From: Haliotis cracherodii
Lineage: Eukaryota
Assembly (NCBI RefSeq): GCF_022045235.1
Contig: NW_027266319.1
Location: 26,226,001-26,290,000 of the forward strand
Direction of reading: 5' to 3'
Length of the DNA stretch: 64,000 nt
Shown here: piece by piece, positions 27,789 through 40,200 of the stretch
How positions within the stretch are numbered: the stretch's first letter is position 1
Layout: the number at the start of each line of letters is the position of its first letter
Notes under the pieces: generated by a model
Databases searched by the model: none
What the model saw: the letters and a program-made list of their open reading frames with translations, nothing else
What the model was told of the DNA's origin: nothing
Made by a program: the position numbers and the translations under genes

Positions 27789-28855
27789 GGTGTCCTCCCA
27801 TTAGTTAGACAGCCATTTGTTAGACACCTTAAAATAACAACTTTTCTGGTTGAGTGCACAACAAAGTGCAATGCTGTTACCTTGATTGATAATGGAATGA
27901 CCCATAGCTAAACATCAAGATATAACAAAACAAAAAGACATGTTAAGTCAGGTGTACTTATTTATAAACGTTCATAAAATCAACATTAACAAGATCAACA
28001 TCTGAGAGATTCCCGGGAAGAGCAGGCATGGTGTTGCGGCACTGTCTGTAAAGGGCACCGCTGACGCTGGAGAAGGAAGGCATCGTTGTCATCTTCTTGT
28101 GCTAGCTGGTCATTGTAGAGGGAGTGCATCTTGGTTGTTTCTTCACGGGCGCCCTTTCGAAGTGTGCTGAGGAACTTGAGAGTTTGTTGACAGGTTCTGG
28201 TGGATGGTTGTGCTCAGTCTGGTTCCGGAGGAAGTCGTCACTTGTTGTGCATCTACCAGTGCAGGTCTTGATAACACACCTCCAGTGGGTGCTGGTCTGT
28301 CTTTCTCGATTTCGGTTGTAGAGATATCCATCCAGACGAATCTGAGGTGTGCCTCTCTGTGACATAATATATTCCACTTTCCTTAACCCAGCCATTCTGA
28401 TAATGCTACCATGATCTGCCAGTAATGATATTTATATCACAGTTGGTTAAACTGAGTAGACACTGACAAATTGATAGTTAAAGATTAACTGTTTTATATT
28501 AAGAATGTTATTATAACAAGCATCTAAGGGCAAGTGTAACTTGAGTAGTAGTCTAGTTGAGAAGATCCTCATTTTCCACAAGTTTTAAAGATTAAACACT
28601 ACATATTGGATTAACATAATAACTTATAATCAGAGTACAACATGCAACTGGAGTAGCAGTCTAGTAAATAACTATATCAATAAATAAGTAGAAAATAAGT
28701 AGAGAAAGATCAAACAATGAACTTTGAGACATGCCTAATTAGTTCACTGAGTAGGACTGTACCATTGTTGTGGGTACTGCCCTAATTAATCCCCTACTTC
28801 AGTGTCTGACAACTGGCTGTCTAACAACTGGCTGTCTAACTAAAGGGAGATAACC
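27789..28855 (-). mobile_element. Non-autonomous Mutator-like (MULE) DNA transposon, 1067 bp, inserted in a SINE-like repeat
   Basis: Imperfect TIRs: GGTGTCCTCCCATTAGTTAGACAGCCATTTGTTAGACA versus GGTTATCTCCCTTTAGTTAGACAGCCAGTTGTTAGACA (reverse complement of the right end). Perfect 8-bp TSD ATGACACC (27781-27788; 28856-28863). Contains a FLYWCH ORF. Confidence 0.85.
28102..28395 (-). pseudogene. FLYWCH zinc-finger N-terminus of a truncated MULE transposase
   Basis: SQRG..QIRLDGYLY...HWRC...CTGRCTT...HNHPP matches the FLYWCH pattern. Frameshifted continuations (LRKRAREETT, PSFSSVSGALYRQCRNTMPALP) resemble the MULE linker. There is no DDE domain. Confidence 0.8.
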
Positions 28856-30229
28856 ATGACACCCTATCAACCAAGTCACCGAGTCTGACCACCCAATCCT
28901 CTTAAGACCAGCTTACATGTAGGTACCAGGGGCCAACTGTAACCTGGCATCCCAAATAGGGATGCCCCTTGATACATTGATACAACTGATGTACATTAAA
29001 GAACATGTATGATTTAATATTTGAGGAATATTCGAAGAAATAGTTCAAAACTGTAGTAACATATATTTGGAGTGAACATTAGACGGAAGAGATTTCCCTA
29101 TTTATTCACTCACACCAACAACAGTGTTTTTGTCAATTATTCAGTGTCAGAATGTGCCCACAAGCGTCTGAGGCTTAAGATGCATGGGTTGCTGAAGACT
29201 GACCCGGATCTTCTTTGGTTTGATCACCCTAGCAACCCAGTCACCGAGCCTGACCACCCGATCCTCTTATGGCAAGCAACGGTACCGGGGACCAATTCTA
29301 ACCCGACATGTAACGAGAGTGTACATAACACAAAACAGGTTCCCCTATTTATTCACTCACACCCACAACACTGTCTTTGTCGTTAACAAACATCAATTAT
29401 TCAGTGTCAGAATGTGCCCACAAGCGTCTGAATAAGACTTAAAATCCACAGAGTGTGAATTACAAGTGTGAGTGTTTAATAGAGAGAAGATGACTACCGT
29501 TGAACAGCTCGTTGTGATTGGATTCAAAATTAGAGTGTAATATCAAACCGAATTTCCTTGTTGGCGCTTCATCAATCAAATGATGCTTCTTAATGTGCAA
29601 TTTCCGTCAGCCAAAAGTAAAAATATTGAATAATCAATTCACGCTCTCACAAGTCAATCTAACATTTACAATACAAATATTTCTTTGACAAATGTACATA
29701 CAAGAGAAGAGGAAAACCTTTACCAGATTTGATTTATCAAAATGTGGTCCTTACAATTGATTAGGTTCATTGTTCGGAAAAATAAAACTTCCCTTCTTAT
29801 CAAAACTTTATAACGAGATGTGTAGAAACGTAATTGCATGTCCATAGAAGATGTGTTTTAAAAAGAAGTCTATCATATAGACATAGATGGTTTTAAAGAG
29901 CTTATCGGCTTTTCACCGTGGTTTTAAAACTCGACGTCAGTTTGATCTATCCTCCCACACTGACCTGCCACGTCCGATTTAACGTGAATGATCGTTAATA
30001 GCGGCGTCATGTCTATCTCCTAAACGCACCCACATGCTGTTTGTAAGCATTTTTAAATAATTTCACATTTTGCCATATATGGCATATATTTGGATCCACG
30101 TTCAGCAATCAGCGATATTTTGCGGGTTTATCGCAAAAATAGACGCACAGATGCGACGATATGCAGGATATCCCCCACAAATTATGACACACAAGATATA
30201 TGATACTACCGTATACTTCCAGATACAGA

Positions 30230-30398
30230 GTGGTGGTCGGGTAGCCTAGTGGTTAAAGCGTTCGCTCGTCACGCCGAGACCCGGGTTCGATTTCCGACAT
30301 GGGAACACTGTGTGAAGTCCATTTCTGCTGTCCCCCATCGTGATATTGCTGGAATATTGCTAAAAGCGGCGTAAAACCATAACCACTCACTCACTCAC
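30230..30398 (+). mobile_element. Full-length tRNA-derived SINE with 12-bp TSD
   Basis: A box TAGCCTAGTGG, B box GGTTCGATTTC, (CACT)n tail, and perfect TSD TCCAGATACAGA (30218-30229; 30399-30410). Confidence 0.92.
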
Positions 30399-33066
30399 TC
30401 CAGATACAGAATACTAGGAGTCAGTACAATGCGTCTGAGTGTGGTATCCATGTTAAAACCTCGGCATGGTTTATCACGGACTAGCATTTTGAAAACGACA
30501 TAAGTCCGGACTGCAACAAACAGTCACACCGACACGCACATTCATCACGTCGCTCCAACAGTGGAATAGTTATAAAGGCGACGTCAAACCCCTTTCCACC
30601 ACACCTCATATTGTACGGTCAGTTTTGATTGTACTGACTTGTACAGAACTTATATGCATGGAAGTAGAAGATTCATTGCATTTTGCGTTACGTTTTACAA
30701 ATATTGATGGCTGACATACAATATATAACAGAAACAAATCAAAATTTGTGTCACTCGTGCCCCTTAATTTGTTCGTTCGTTCGTATGTTTGTCTGTTTAA
30801 CGCCGTACACAGCAATAAGCCAACTGTAAGACCGGATACGATGACATGCATCAAATAAGTCAGCGAGCCTGACCACCCGATCCCGTTAGCCGCCTCTTAC
30901 GACAAGCGTAGTGCCCTTTTACGGCAAGCATGGGTTGCTGAAGACTGGATCTTCATTGGTTTGATCACCCTATCAACCCAGTCACCGAGCCTGACCACCC
31001 GATCCTCTTATGGCAAACAACGGTACCGGGGACCAATTCTAACCCGACATGTAACGAGAGTGTACAAAACATAAAACAGGTTCCCCTGTTTGTTCACTCA
31101 TACCCATAAAGCTGTTTTTGTCGTTAACAAACATCAATCATTCAGTGTCAGAATGTGCCCACAAGCGTCGAAATTAGCTTTATATGCACAGAGTGTAAAT
31201 TACAGATGCGAATATATTAACAAAGAGAAGATTACTATCATTGAGAGGCTCCTTATTAATTAAAGTGTAATATCAAATAGATGTTTGGCGCTTCATGAAT
31301 CAAACATAGCAAATTTACAATATCATATTTGAGGATGCTTCTTAACGTGCAATTTCCGTAAGCAAAAAGTAATTCACGCTCTCACAATGTAATATGTATG
31401 GCCTTTATTTAGGTACACGTTTAGAGATCAGCAATCAGTGAACACTTGGACATATGGACACAATTAAAACAGTTTGGAAATATTAAGGAGTGATGTTTTA
31501 TCTTTATAATAATACCACAGCTTGCTGTATGCAAATAGTAGCGAAAAACCCGTTTCAATAATCAATTCTTTGAAGCATGTTTTCGTTGAGAGTCGTTTAT
31601 ATATTGTTTAAAACATGTAATCGAGAAAGTTTATTGAAGCGTTGTATTACGTTTACTATAAGTATTCCTGAGTATTTGTATAGATTTTCTTTAAGTAATA
31701 GATTCTTTCTGTTATTGCCAGAATCCGCTAGTGACTCTTATGATGAGGTCGCCGTTATGTTTCGAAGTATCCTGAAGTATTCTGCATCCTGAAGTACTTG
31801 GTAGTATCTGGTAGCTTACATTTTCCAATGGCATCCTGTGTCTTGAAATATCCAGTTGTGCTCTGTAGCGTGAAGTACCTGGTAGTATCTTGTTTCTGGA
31901 AGTAGTCGGCGATATCCTATGTCTTGACGTATCTGTTGGTGTCTGTTTTGAGGGAGGGAATACCCGGTAGTATCTACTACATCAACACACTCGGTGAATA
32001 TCAATTTCCGGATTTTCCGTTTCACCACAATCTCCTTTCAGTTATGTATCAGGACACGTACCGTTCTTTCACCTTCCCAGGGAGCCGCTTCTACAATATA
32101 AATGTAAACTGATACTCTGCACAGTAGGGAGTGGGAGTGGGAGTGGGAGTGGGAGATTAGCGCTATGTATATGTATAATTGTTGTCGTTGTCGCTGTCGT
32201 GGTTGTTGTCATGTCATGTCATGTCATGTCATCATTTTTACACAGGATATTTCAAGATCTTATATTCAAACCTATACATGATACAGAAACTTCAGACAGG
32301 TCTCTCTGAGAGGTCAAAAGAGCATATTACAAGAAGGTTTGATGTGAATCCAACAGACGTTTCCCCTATCATTTGAAGCAGATTCCGTTGTCTACAATCT
32401 TGGTGTCTACAATCAAGCACCGTCAACCTGCAATCCTGTATATACATTATAATCGAAGCGAGACCTTGGTCCCCTTTTCAAATATGTCAACTCAACACTT
32501 CAAAAGTAATCGACATCAAGATAGTCTATTAGTTTTATACGTATTATAAGGATAGCTATTATCAAGACACTGATTGATTCTTCGGACTCCTCTGAGATTT
32601 CCTCATAACGCAAGATCTGTTCTAGACTGTTTTATAGGCAGGGGACAAATGAGGGATATAAAGAAGCTAAGAAAGAAATGTCACATACAGTGTCGACGGC
32701 TATCAGTTCTATGACAAAGCCTTAATGCGTGGTCATTTTGTAATGAATATTGATCAGATACTGTCAGCGTTAAGTTGCTTGTATGTGTGTGCTGCAACAC
32801 AAATGGCCACCTTCTGTATGGCTTTTGTTGTTGTATAGGTAGTTATCATCCCACGTGTATTTCAGATGGAGATATAAATGAGGTACCGGACAACCGTAAT
32901 TGGTGACAGCACTACCAGACAAATCATTAAGATGAATCTCAACGTGGAATTGTTCTGAAATCTTCACACTTAACTTTTCTAAACCTCAATTGCGTCAACT
33001 CCATAAATGATGTTGTTTTAGGTCTTAGTATCATTATTGACAGCAATTGGTTCAATAGTATTTGTG

Positions 33067-33114
<48 letters not shown>

Positions 33115-33281
33115 TTGGTGGCGATAGTGGTTATGGTAGTGGTAGTGGTTGTGGTGCTGCAATGATGGTGGTTTTATTTCAAGTTTGTTTCAATGTACTG
33201 GGTATGATTATATCCTTTTAAAAATATCAGAAGTTAGTTTTTAACTTTGAATATGTTTTCTATATATATCCATTTTCTCGA

Positions 33282-33517
33282 TGGCCAGTATCCTGTATCC
33301 AGTACCTAAGTATATAGCATCCCTGTGTCCAGTATATCAGTGTCCAGTACTCAATGTTCGGTATCTAGTTTCCAGAACGTCATCGTCAGGTACTTCTGTG
33401 TTCTGTACCTCATTGTCAGGCACCGCAGTGTCCAGTTCCCCTGTGTCCAGTACTTCGGTGTCCAGTACCTCAGTGACGAGTACCTCTGTGTCAAGTGCCT
33501 CTGTAGCTCAGTGCCCA
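33282..33517 (+). repeat. Degenerate left edge of satellite array 3, separated from the rest by a transposon insertion
   Basis: Diverged GTGTCCAGTACCTCA 15-mers. Removing 33518-37273 and one CA restores CAGTGCCCAGTACCC. Confidence 0.85.
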
Positions 33518-34319
33518 CCCAGCAAACAATTCTACGTTGTGACAACGTTGTTACAACGTTGACTTTTCGTTGCTGCAACGTTGTGACGTAACGTTGTCAC
33601 AACGTAATTCTGTAGACTCCCAGATTGGTTGCTACAACGTTGTGCGTAAACCAAAATACAACCAAATCAAGACGTTGTCACAACATCCATTTTTTACGTT
33701 GCTACAACGTTTATCCAAAACGTCGCGACAACGTAGGTATCGCACACATATGGCGACACTACAGTTGTTGCAATGTCCATGTAGATTAACGCCTGTCTTA
33801 TTCCTCAATACCTCCTAAACAGCCAGAAAAGTTTGTACCAATCTAGCTTATAGTTAAGACATCAGGTACCAATCTAGTTGAGACATCAGGTACCAATCTA
33901 GTTAAGACATCAGGTACCAAGCAATACATTCTGAAAACTGAATTCACTTTAACCCTATCCATGAAACAGCAAGTCAATGTAATGCACTCTTTTGGCAGAG
34001 TTTGAAATACGGCCAAGATAAAAATCTAAATGTTTTAAATTACATGTACAATTTGGTTATATAATATTTATTTTCCCAATCAGTTTTCAAGGCTATGTGC
34101 AAATTGTTCACAAATGTTTCAACACAATTGAAAGATATTTGATTTTCCCACGAATTTGCAAATTAATAACCATCAAACAATAAGCCCTGCACAAATTGAA
34201 ACATTTAAATTTTCTTGGCCTTACCCCATACATTCAGCATTGAGAGCAACACTGTGACAAACAGAATAGTCTATGCATCTGATGTCCTAAGATCCATTTC
34301 CCAGCAACGAAATGACAAT

Positions 34320-36575
34320 AGAATTCTGGTTGAGGTGACTTTTATTTATTTATTAAATGACAAGTCAGAACTTGGGCTGAGTGGCTGAGGAGCCTTTTCA
34401 GTCCTCAAATGAAAAGTCACAGGGATGATCTTCAACTGTATCCATAGTCTCTCCTTAAGCCTTGGTAACTGAATAAAAAATGACACAAATGTAATAAAAT
34501 GGCAAGGCAAGGGACATATTTCTGACATAACACAATAATGGTTGCATTCCCCAAAATAATATTTTGATGTCTGATGTCAGTCTTTAAACAGGATCATACA
34601 TAGGCAGAAAAGCTTTTAACACTGAATCATTGATGTAACTTTATACCCCCGCCCTTTTAGATTGTGGGTATAATTAAATAAGAATCATCTAAATTTTAAT
34701 TCTTGAAGATGTTTGTATACATTATTGCATCATACATACCTTTCTGTCAGTGATGTACTTTAAACAAATGTGCTCCCACAATACTGTTTCTCCACCTGAA
34801 AGAAAAACAGAAACCACAAAGTATCACATTTTTAAATAAACCAGTACTGTATAGATAAATAACATTTACTTAGAGTATGATTTAACTGGTGGTAGTATTG
34901 GCAAATAGTTTTATCAGTCAATAGATCAACTGTAGTTATTCAAAAGCAGTAACTTTACCTTTCTGCTGTACATCACAGTGAATATGTTGGCCAAGTTTCT
35001 AAAAAAAATAAAATATATATATTGCCAAATAAAATAAATAGTTCCCATATTTGAAGCATGAATGTTGAATATGAATTATGAATAAAAGTGTTAACACTTT
35101 TGGGTATTTATCCTAATTAAAATTGTGATTATTTTTTTTAAATACTTACCTTAATATTTTCCATATTAATATGCCAGGGTATTTATATAGAATCTATGTT
35201 CTAATATTTACAAAGATAGAAACATGGGAAAATTAACAAAATGCAATAGCTTATACAATACCAGACGAAGTTGAAACAGCAATTTATTTGTTACTACGAT
35301 TATTAACATAATACAGTTCAATATCGTTAAATATAATTCTGTAGACCTAGTATGGTAGCCTACGTGGCAACATATGGAGATAAAAAAAAAACGAACGAAT
35401 AGGGTTGCTATCAATTCCAATTTATTTTTCATTGGTGCACATTGGCTACACCTATCTCACCTTAATAATCAACAAACAATGACCAACTCACTGACAATAT
35501 ATGGTGATATTTAACTTTTGACAATCGACTAGCTTATCATCACCAATATGACAATACCGCAAACACCCCGTTATAGCGCGCGACGAGAGACTCGTTTTAC
35601 TTTTGCTCGTTTTCATTAGAAGGGAGTGGGACATAGATCTAGTTATCGGAAAATGATGAATTGATTCTTTTTTGGAAATAATAAAAATACACCATGATAA
35701 GAGCCTTGCTAAAATAAAATGTATAGACAGCACCAACAACCTGATGGTCTACATTTACGCTACTTCAGTCAGTGCTAATTAGGCCTTTTCGGAAACAACA
35801 AGTGTGTTTCTATCTCTTCCCGAAAATACAATTTTTCATAACATCATTGAGCGCATTAAGACTAAGGCTATAACTAGTAGCCTACAGAGAGTCGATCTGA
35901 AAATACTTCCATTGTTTTGATTCCCTCTCTTCGCTGTATAAGAGAAATCTACTAAACCTTTCCCATGGCCTGAATGAGCCACATTGTTTCACAAAAATCA
36001 AAGTCCGAAGATTAGTACAAGTAAACTTTGAATAGTAATGATTTCAGAAATAACACGGAAGAAATGGCGATAATTGTCAGTGGTCAGTAGGCGTTGCATA
36101 AGTTAGGCCTATTTACAGACCTACACGTTTACGATCGAAACCCGAACATAATATGACGCCATTGACGGCCACAAAACGCCGCCAGACTGAATTCTGGTCA
36201 AACATATACTGCTTGCCCTTGGTAATTACCCTTGGTATCCATAAAATAATAATATGGAAAAAAGTCTTGGGCCTCCTTCACCTCTATATACATCATGTTC
36301 TGTGTATTAAATATTGATATCAACACTGACGTTCATTGATAGAGACCGGCAAACTGCATTCTAACCCCGCCACTTCTGAATAATACGATACATTTAAATC
36401 ATTTGACGATCTGCATGTACAGAAACATATCAACAAGCGGAGGCTGCTTCTGAAAAATTTACTTACCTCATCCGAATTCACAGATCATCTGTCCAGTTCT
36501 AGTTGCTGCACAATCTCTTGGTTGTAGACTTCTAATATATGTCTAGAGTGAGCTTGAACTAAGATGGCTGGTGAC
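34320..36575 (-). ncRNA. Predicted spliced, polyadenylated non-coding or micro-ORF transcript inside the CMC element
   Basis: Co-oriented splice signals define exons ~36570-36467|GTAAGT; TTAG|35200-35150|GTAAGT (weaker); TTTTTTTAG|34998-34959|GTAAAG; TTTTCTTTCAG|34795-34740|GTATGT; and TTTTTTATTCAG|34468 onward, with stacked AATAAA at 34341-34354. Prediction only. Confidence 0.4.
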
Positions 36576-36596
36576 AACAAATCTTGCGCGACAATG

Positions 36597-36615
36597 TGAC
36601 GTCATTCTGACGTCA
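36597..36615. promoter_or_regulatory. Two tandem full CRE palindromes (TGACGTCA) upstream of the predicted first exon
   Basis: TGACGTCA at 36597-36604 and 36608-36615; YY1-like AAGATGGC at 36561-36568. Confidence 0.45.
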
Positions 36616-37273
36616 CTTCACGAGGCAACAGGCTAAACTTTTCAGCAGTCGCTCTCACGCCGCTAAAAATGGGCGCAATTGTTTTTAACTGTAATATTGC
36701 TTGTGACAACATTTAGTAGACAGAAAACTTCGTTATAGATATATATATATTTAAAAAAAATAAAACTAAGAGATGGTAGATCTACAAGTGGTTTCCTAAA
36801 CATCATTTACAAAAAGTGTTGTAATGTCCAACGCACAACGTTATCACAACGTTAATTTGCAACGTTGTTGTTACGTTGTGGAATAACGTTGTCATAGAGA
36901 TACGCAATTACGTTCAGGAAATTTTAGTATTAAGAGATGAGAATTTAAATGCCGAATATATAGAAAGGTAATGCATTAATGCCTTGGTATTCTGACAAAT
37001 TCGTGTTGATTTTGATAAAGCAGTTCTATTCCTTTATGACTATCGAGAAGCAAACTCTATAACGTTTCACCGACGTTTCAGAAACGTAGCTACAAAACGT
37101 TGTGTGATGTCCAATGCACAACGTTTTCACAACGTGAATGTGCAACGTTGTTATAACGTTGTGAAATAACGTTGTACGTTGACGTTATAACAACGTTGTG
37201 ACAACGTAATATCACGACGTTACCAATCCACAACCTTTCCACAACGTTGTGACAACGTCGTGTGTTAGCTGGG

Positions 37274-40200
37274 CAGTACCCTTTATCCAGTACCTCAGTG
37301 TTCCGTACCTCGGTGTCCAGTACCTCGGTGTTCAGTACTAAGTATCCAGTACCTCAGTGTCCAGTACTAAGTATCAAGTACCCAGTGTCCACTCCCTATG
37401 TGTCCACTACAAAGAATCCAGTACCTCAGTGTCCAGTACTTAGTGTCCAGTACATCAGTGTCAAGTACCTCAGTGCCCAGTACATCAGTGTCCAGTACTA
37501 AGTATCAAGTACCCCAGTGTCCACTCCCTATGTGTCCACTACAAAGAATCCAGTACCTCAGTGTCCAGTACTTAGTGTCCAGTACATCAGTGTCCAGTAC
37601 TAAGAATCCAGTACCCCAGTGTCCAGTACTAAGAATCCAATACCCCAGTGTCTAGTACTAAGTACCCAATACCTCACTGTCCAGTACTAAGTATCCAGTA
37701 CCCCAGTGTCTAGTACTAAGAATCCAGTACCCCATTGTCCAGTACTAAGTCTCCAGTACCTCAGTGTCCAGTATCTCAATGTCCAGTACCTCAGTGTCCA
37801 GTACCTAGTGTCCAGTACCTCAGTGCCCAGTATCTCAGAGTCCAGTATCGCAATGTCCAGTATCACAGTGTCCAGTATTTTTGTACCCAGTACCTCAGCG
37901 ACCAGTACCACTGTGTTCAGTACCCCTGTGTCCAGTATCTCGATGTCCAGTACCTCAGTGTCCAGTACCCAGTGTCCAGTACCTCAGTGCCCAGTATCTC
38001 AGAGTCCAGTATCGCAATGTCAAGTATCACAGTGTCCAGCACCTAGTGTCCAGTACTTCAGTGCCCAGTATCACAGTGTCCAGTATTTTTGTACCCACTA
38101 CCTCAGTGACCAGTACCACTGTGTCCAGTATCTCATCGTCTAGTATTTCAGTATCCAGTATCTCAGTGTTCTTATTTCCAGGACCTCAATATCAGGTACC
38201 CCTGTGCTCAGTACCTCAATGTCCAGTACCTCAGTGTCAGGTACCTCAGTGTCCAGTACCTCAGTGTCAGGTACCTCAGTGTCCAGTACCTCAGTGTCAG
38301 GTACCTCAATGTCCAGTACCTCAGTGTCAGGTACCTTAGTGTCAGGTACCTCAGTGTCCAGTACCTCAGTGTCAGGTACCTCGGTGTCCAGTACCTCAGT
38401 GTCAGGTACCCCTGTGCTCAGTACCTCAATGTCCAGTACCTCAGTGTCAGGTACCTTAGTGTCAGGTACCTCAGTGTCCAGTACCTCAGTGTCAGGTACC
38501 TCAATGTCCAGTACCTCAGTGTCAAGTATCTTAGTGTCAGGTACCTCAGTGTCCAGTACCTCAGTGTCAGGTACCTCGGTGTCCAGTACCTCAGTGTCCA
38601 GTACCTCAGTGTCAGGTACCTCAGTGTCCAGAACCTCGGTGTCCAGTACCTCAGTGTCAGGTACCTCAATGTCCAGTACCTCAGTGTCAGGTACCTCAGT
38701 GTCAGGTACCTCAGTGTCAGATACCTCAGTGTCAAGTACCTCGGTGTCCAGTACCTCCGTGTCAGGTACCTCAATGTCCAGTACCTCAGTGTCAGGTACC
38801 GCAGTGTCAAGTACCTTAGTGTCAGGTACCTCAGTGTCAAGTACCTCGGTGTCCAGTACCTCAGTGTCAGGTACCTCAGTGTCCAGTACCTCAGTGTCAG
38901 GTACCTTAATGCCCAGTACCTCAGTGGCAGGTACCTCAGTGTCAGGTACCTCAGTGTCCAGTACCTCAGTGTCAGGTACCTCAGTGTCAAGTACCTCAGT
39001 GTCAGATACCTCAGTGTCAAGTACCTCGGTGTCCAGTACCTCCGTGTCAGGTACCTCAATGTCCAGTACCTCAGTGTCAGGTACCGCAGTGTCAGGTACC
39101 TCAGTGTCAGATACCTCAGTGTCAAGTACCTCGGTGTCCAGTACCTCCGTGTCAGGTACCTCAATGTCCAGTACCTCAGTGTCAGGTACCGCAGTGTCAA
39201 GTACCATAGTGTCAGGTACCTCAGTGTCAGGTACCTCATTGTCAGGTACCTCAGTGTCAAGTATCTTAGTGTCAGGTACCTCAGTGTCAAGTACCTCAGT
39301 GTCAAGTACCTTAGTGTAAGGTACCTCAGTGTCAGGTACCTCAGTGTCAAGTACCTCAGTGTCAGGTACTGCAGTGTCAAGTACCTCAGTGTCAGGTACC
39401 TCAGTGTCAGGTACCTCAGTGTCAAGTACCTTAGTGTCAGGTACCTCAGTGTCAGGTACCTCAGTGTCAAGTACCTCAGTGTCAGGTACTGCAGTGTCAA
39501 GTACCTCAGTGTCAGGTACCTCAGTGTCAAGTACTTTAGTGTCAGGTACCTCAGTGTCAGGTACCTCAGTGTCAGGTACCTCAGTGTCAGGTACCTCAGT
39601 GTAAGGTACCTCAGTGTCATGTACCTCAGTGTCAAGTACCTTAGTGTCAGGTACCTCAGTGTCAAGTACCTCAGTGTCAAGTACCTTAGTGTCAAGTACC
39701 TCGGTATCCAGTACCTCCGTGTCAGGTACCTCAATGTCCAGTACCTCAGTGTCAGGTACCGCAGTGTCAAGTACCTTAGTGTCAGGTACCTCAGTGTCAG
39801 GAACCTCAGTGTCAAGTACCTTAGTGTCAGGTACCTCATTGTCAGGTACCTCAGTGTCAAGTACCTTAGTGTCAGGTACCTCAGTGTCAAGTACCTCAGT
39901 GTCAAGTACCTTAGTGTCAAGTACCTCGGTGTCCAGTACCTCCGTGTCAGGTACCTCAATGTCCAGTACCTCAGTGTCAGGTACCGCAGTGTCAAGTACC
40001 TTAGTGTCAGGTACCTCAGTGTCAGGAACCTCAGTGTCAAGTACCTTAGTGTCAGGTACTTCATTGTCAGGTACCTCAGTGTCAAGTACCTTAGTGTCAG
40101 GTACCTCAGTGTCAAGTACCTCAGTGTCAAGTACCTTAGTGTCAGGTACCTCAGTGTCAGGTACCTCAGTGTCAAGTACCTCAGTGTCAGTTACTGCAGT

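Larger units (their letters stand above)
33518..37273. mobile_element. Non-autonomous CMC (EnSpm/CACTA-like) DNA transposon, 3756 bp
   Basis: Termini CCCAGCAAACA... / ...TGTTAGCTGGG fit the CMCWR consensus, with a 2-bp TSD CA. Dense palindromic ACAACGTTGT subterminal repeats lie at 33530-33740 and 36830-37260. There is no transposase ORF. Confidence 0.85.

Noticed and set aside
30230-30300. Possible tRNA genes (also 22630-22699 and 51440-51510)
   Set aside because: A/B boxes run into SINE bodies and tails, one copy has a TSD, and no complete cloverleaf is evident.
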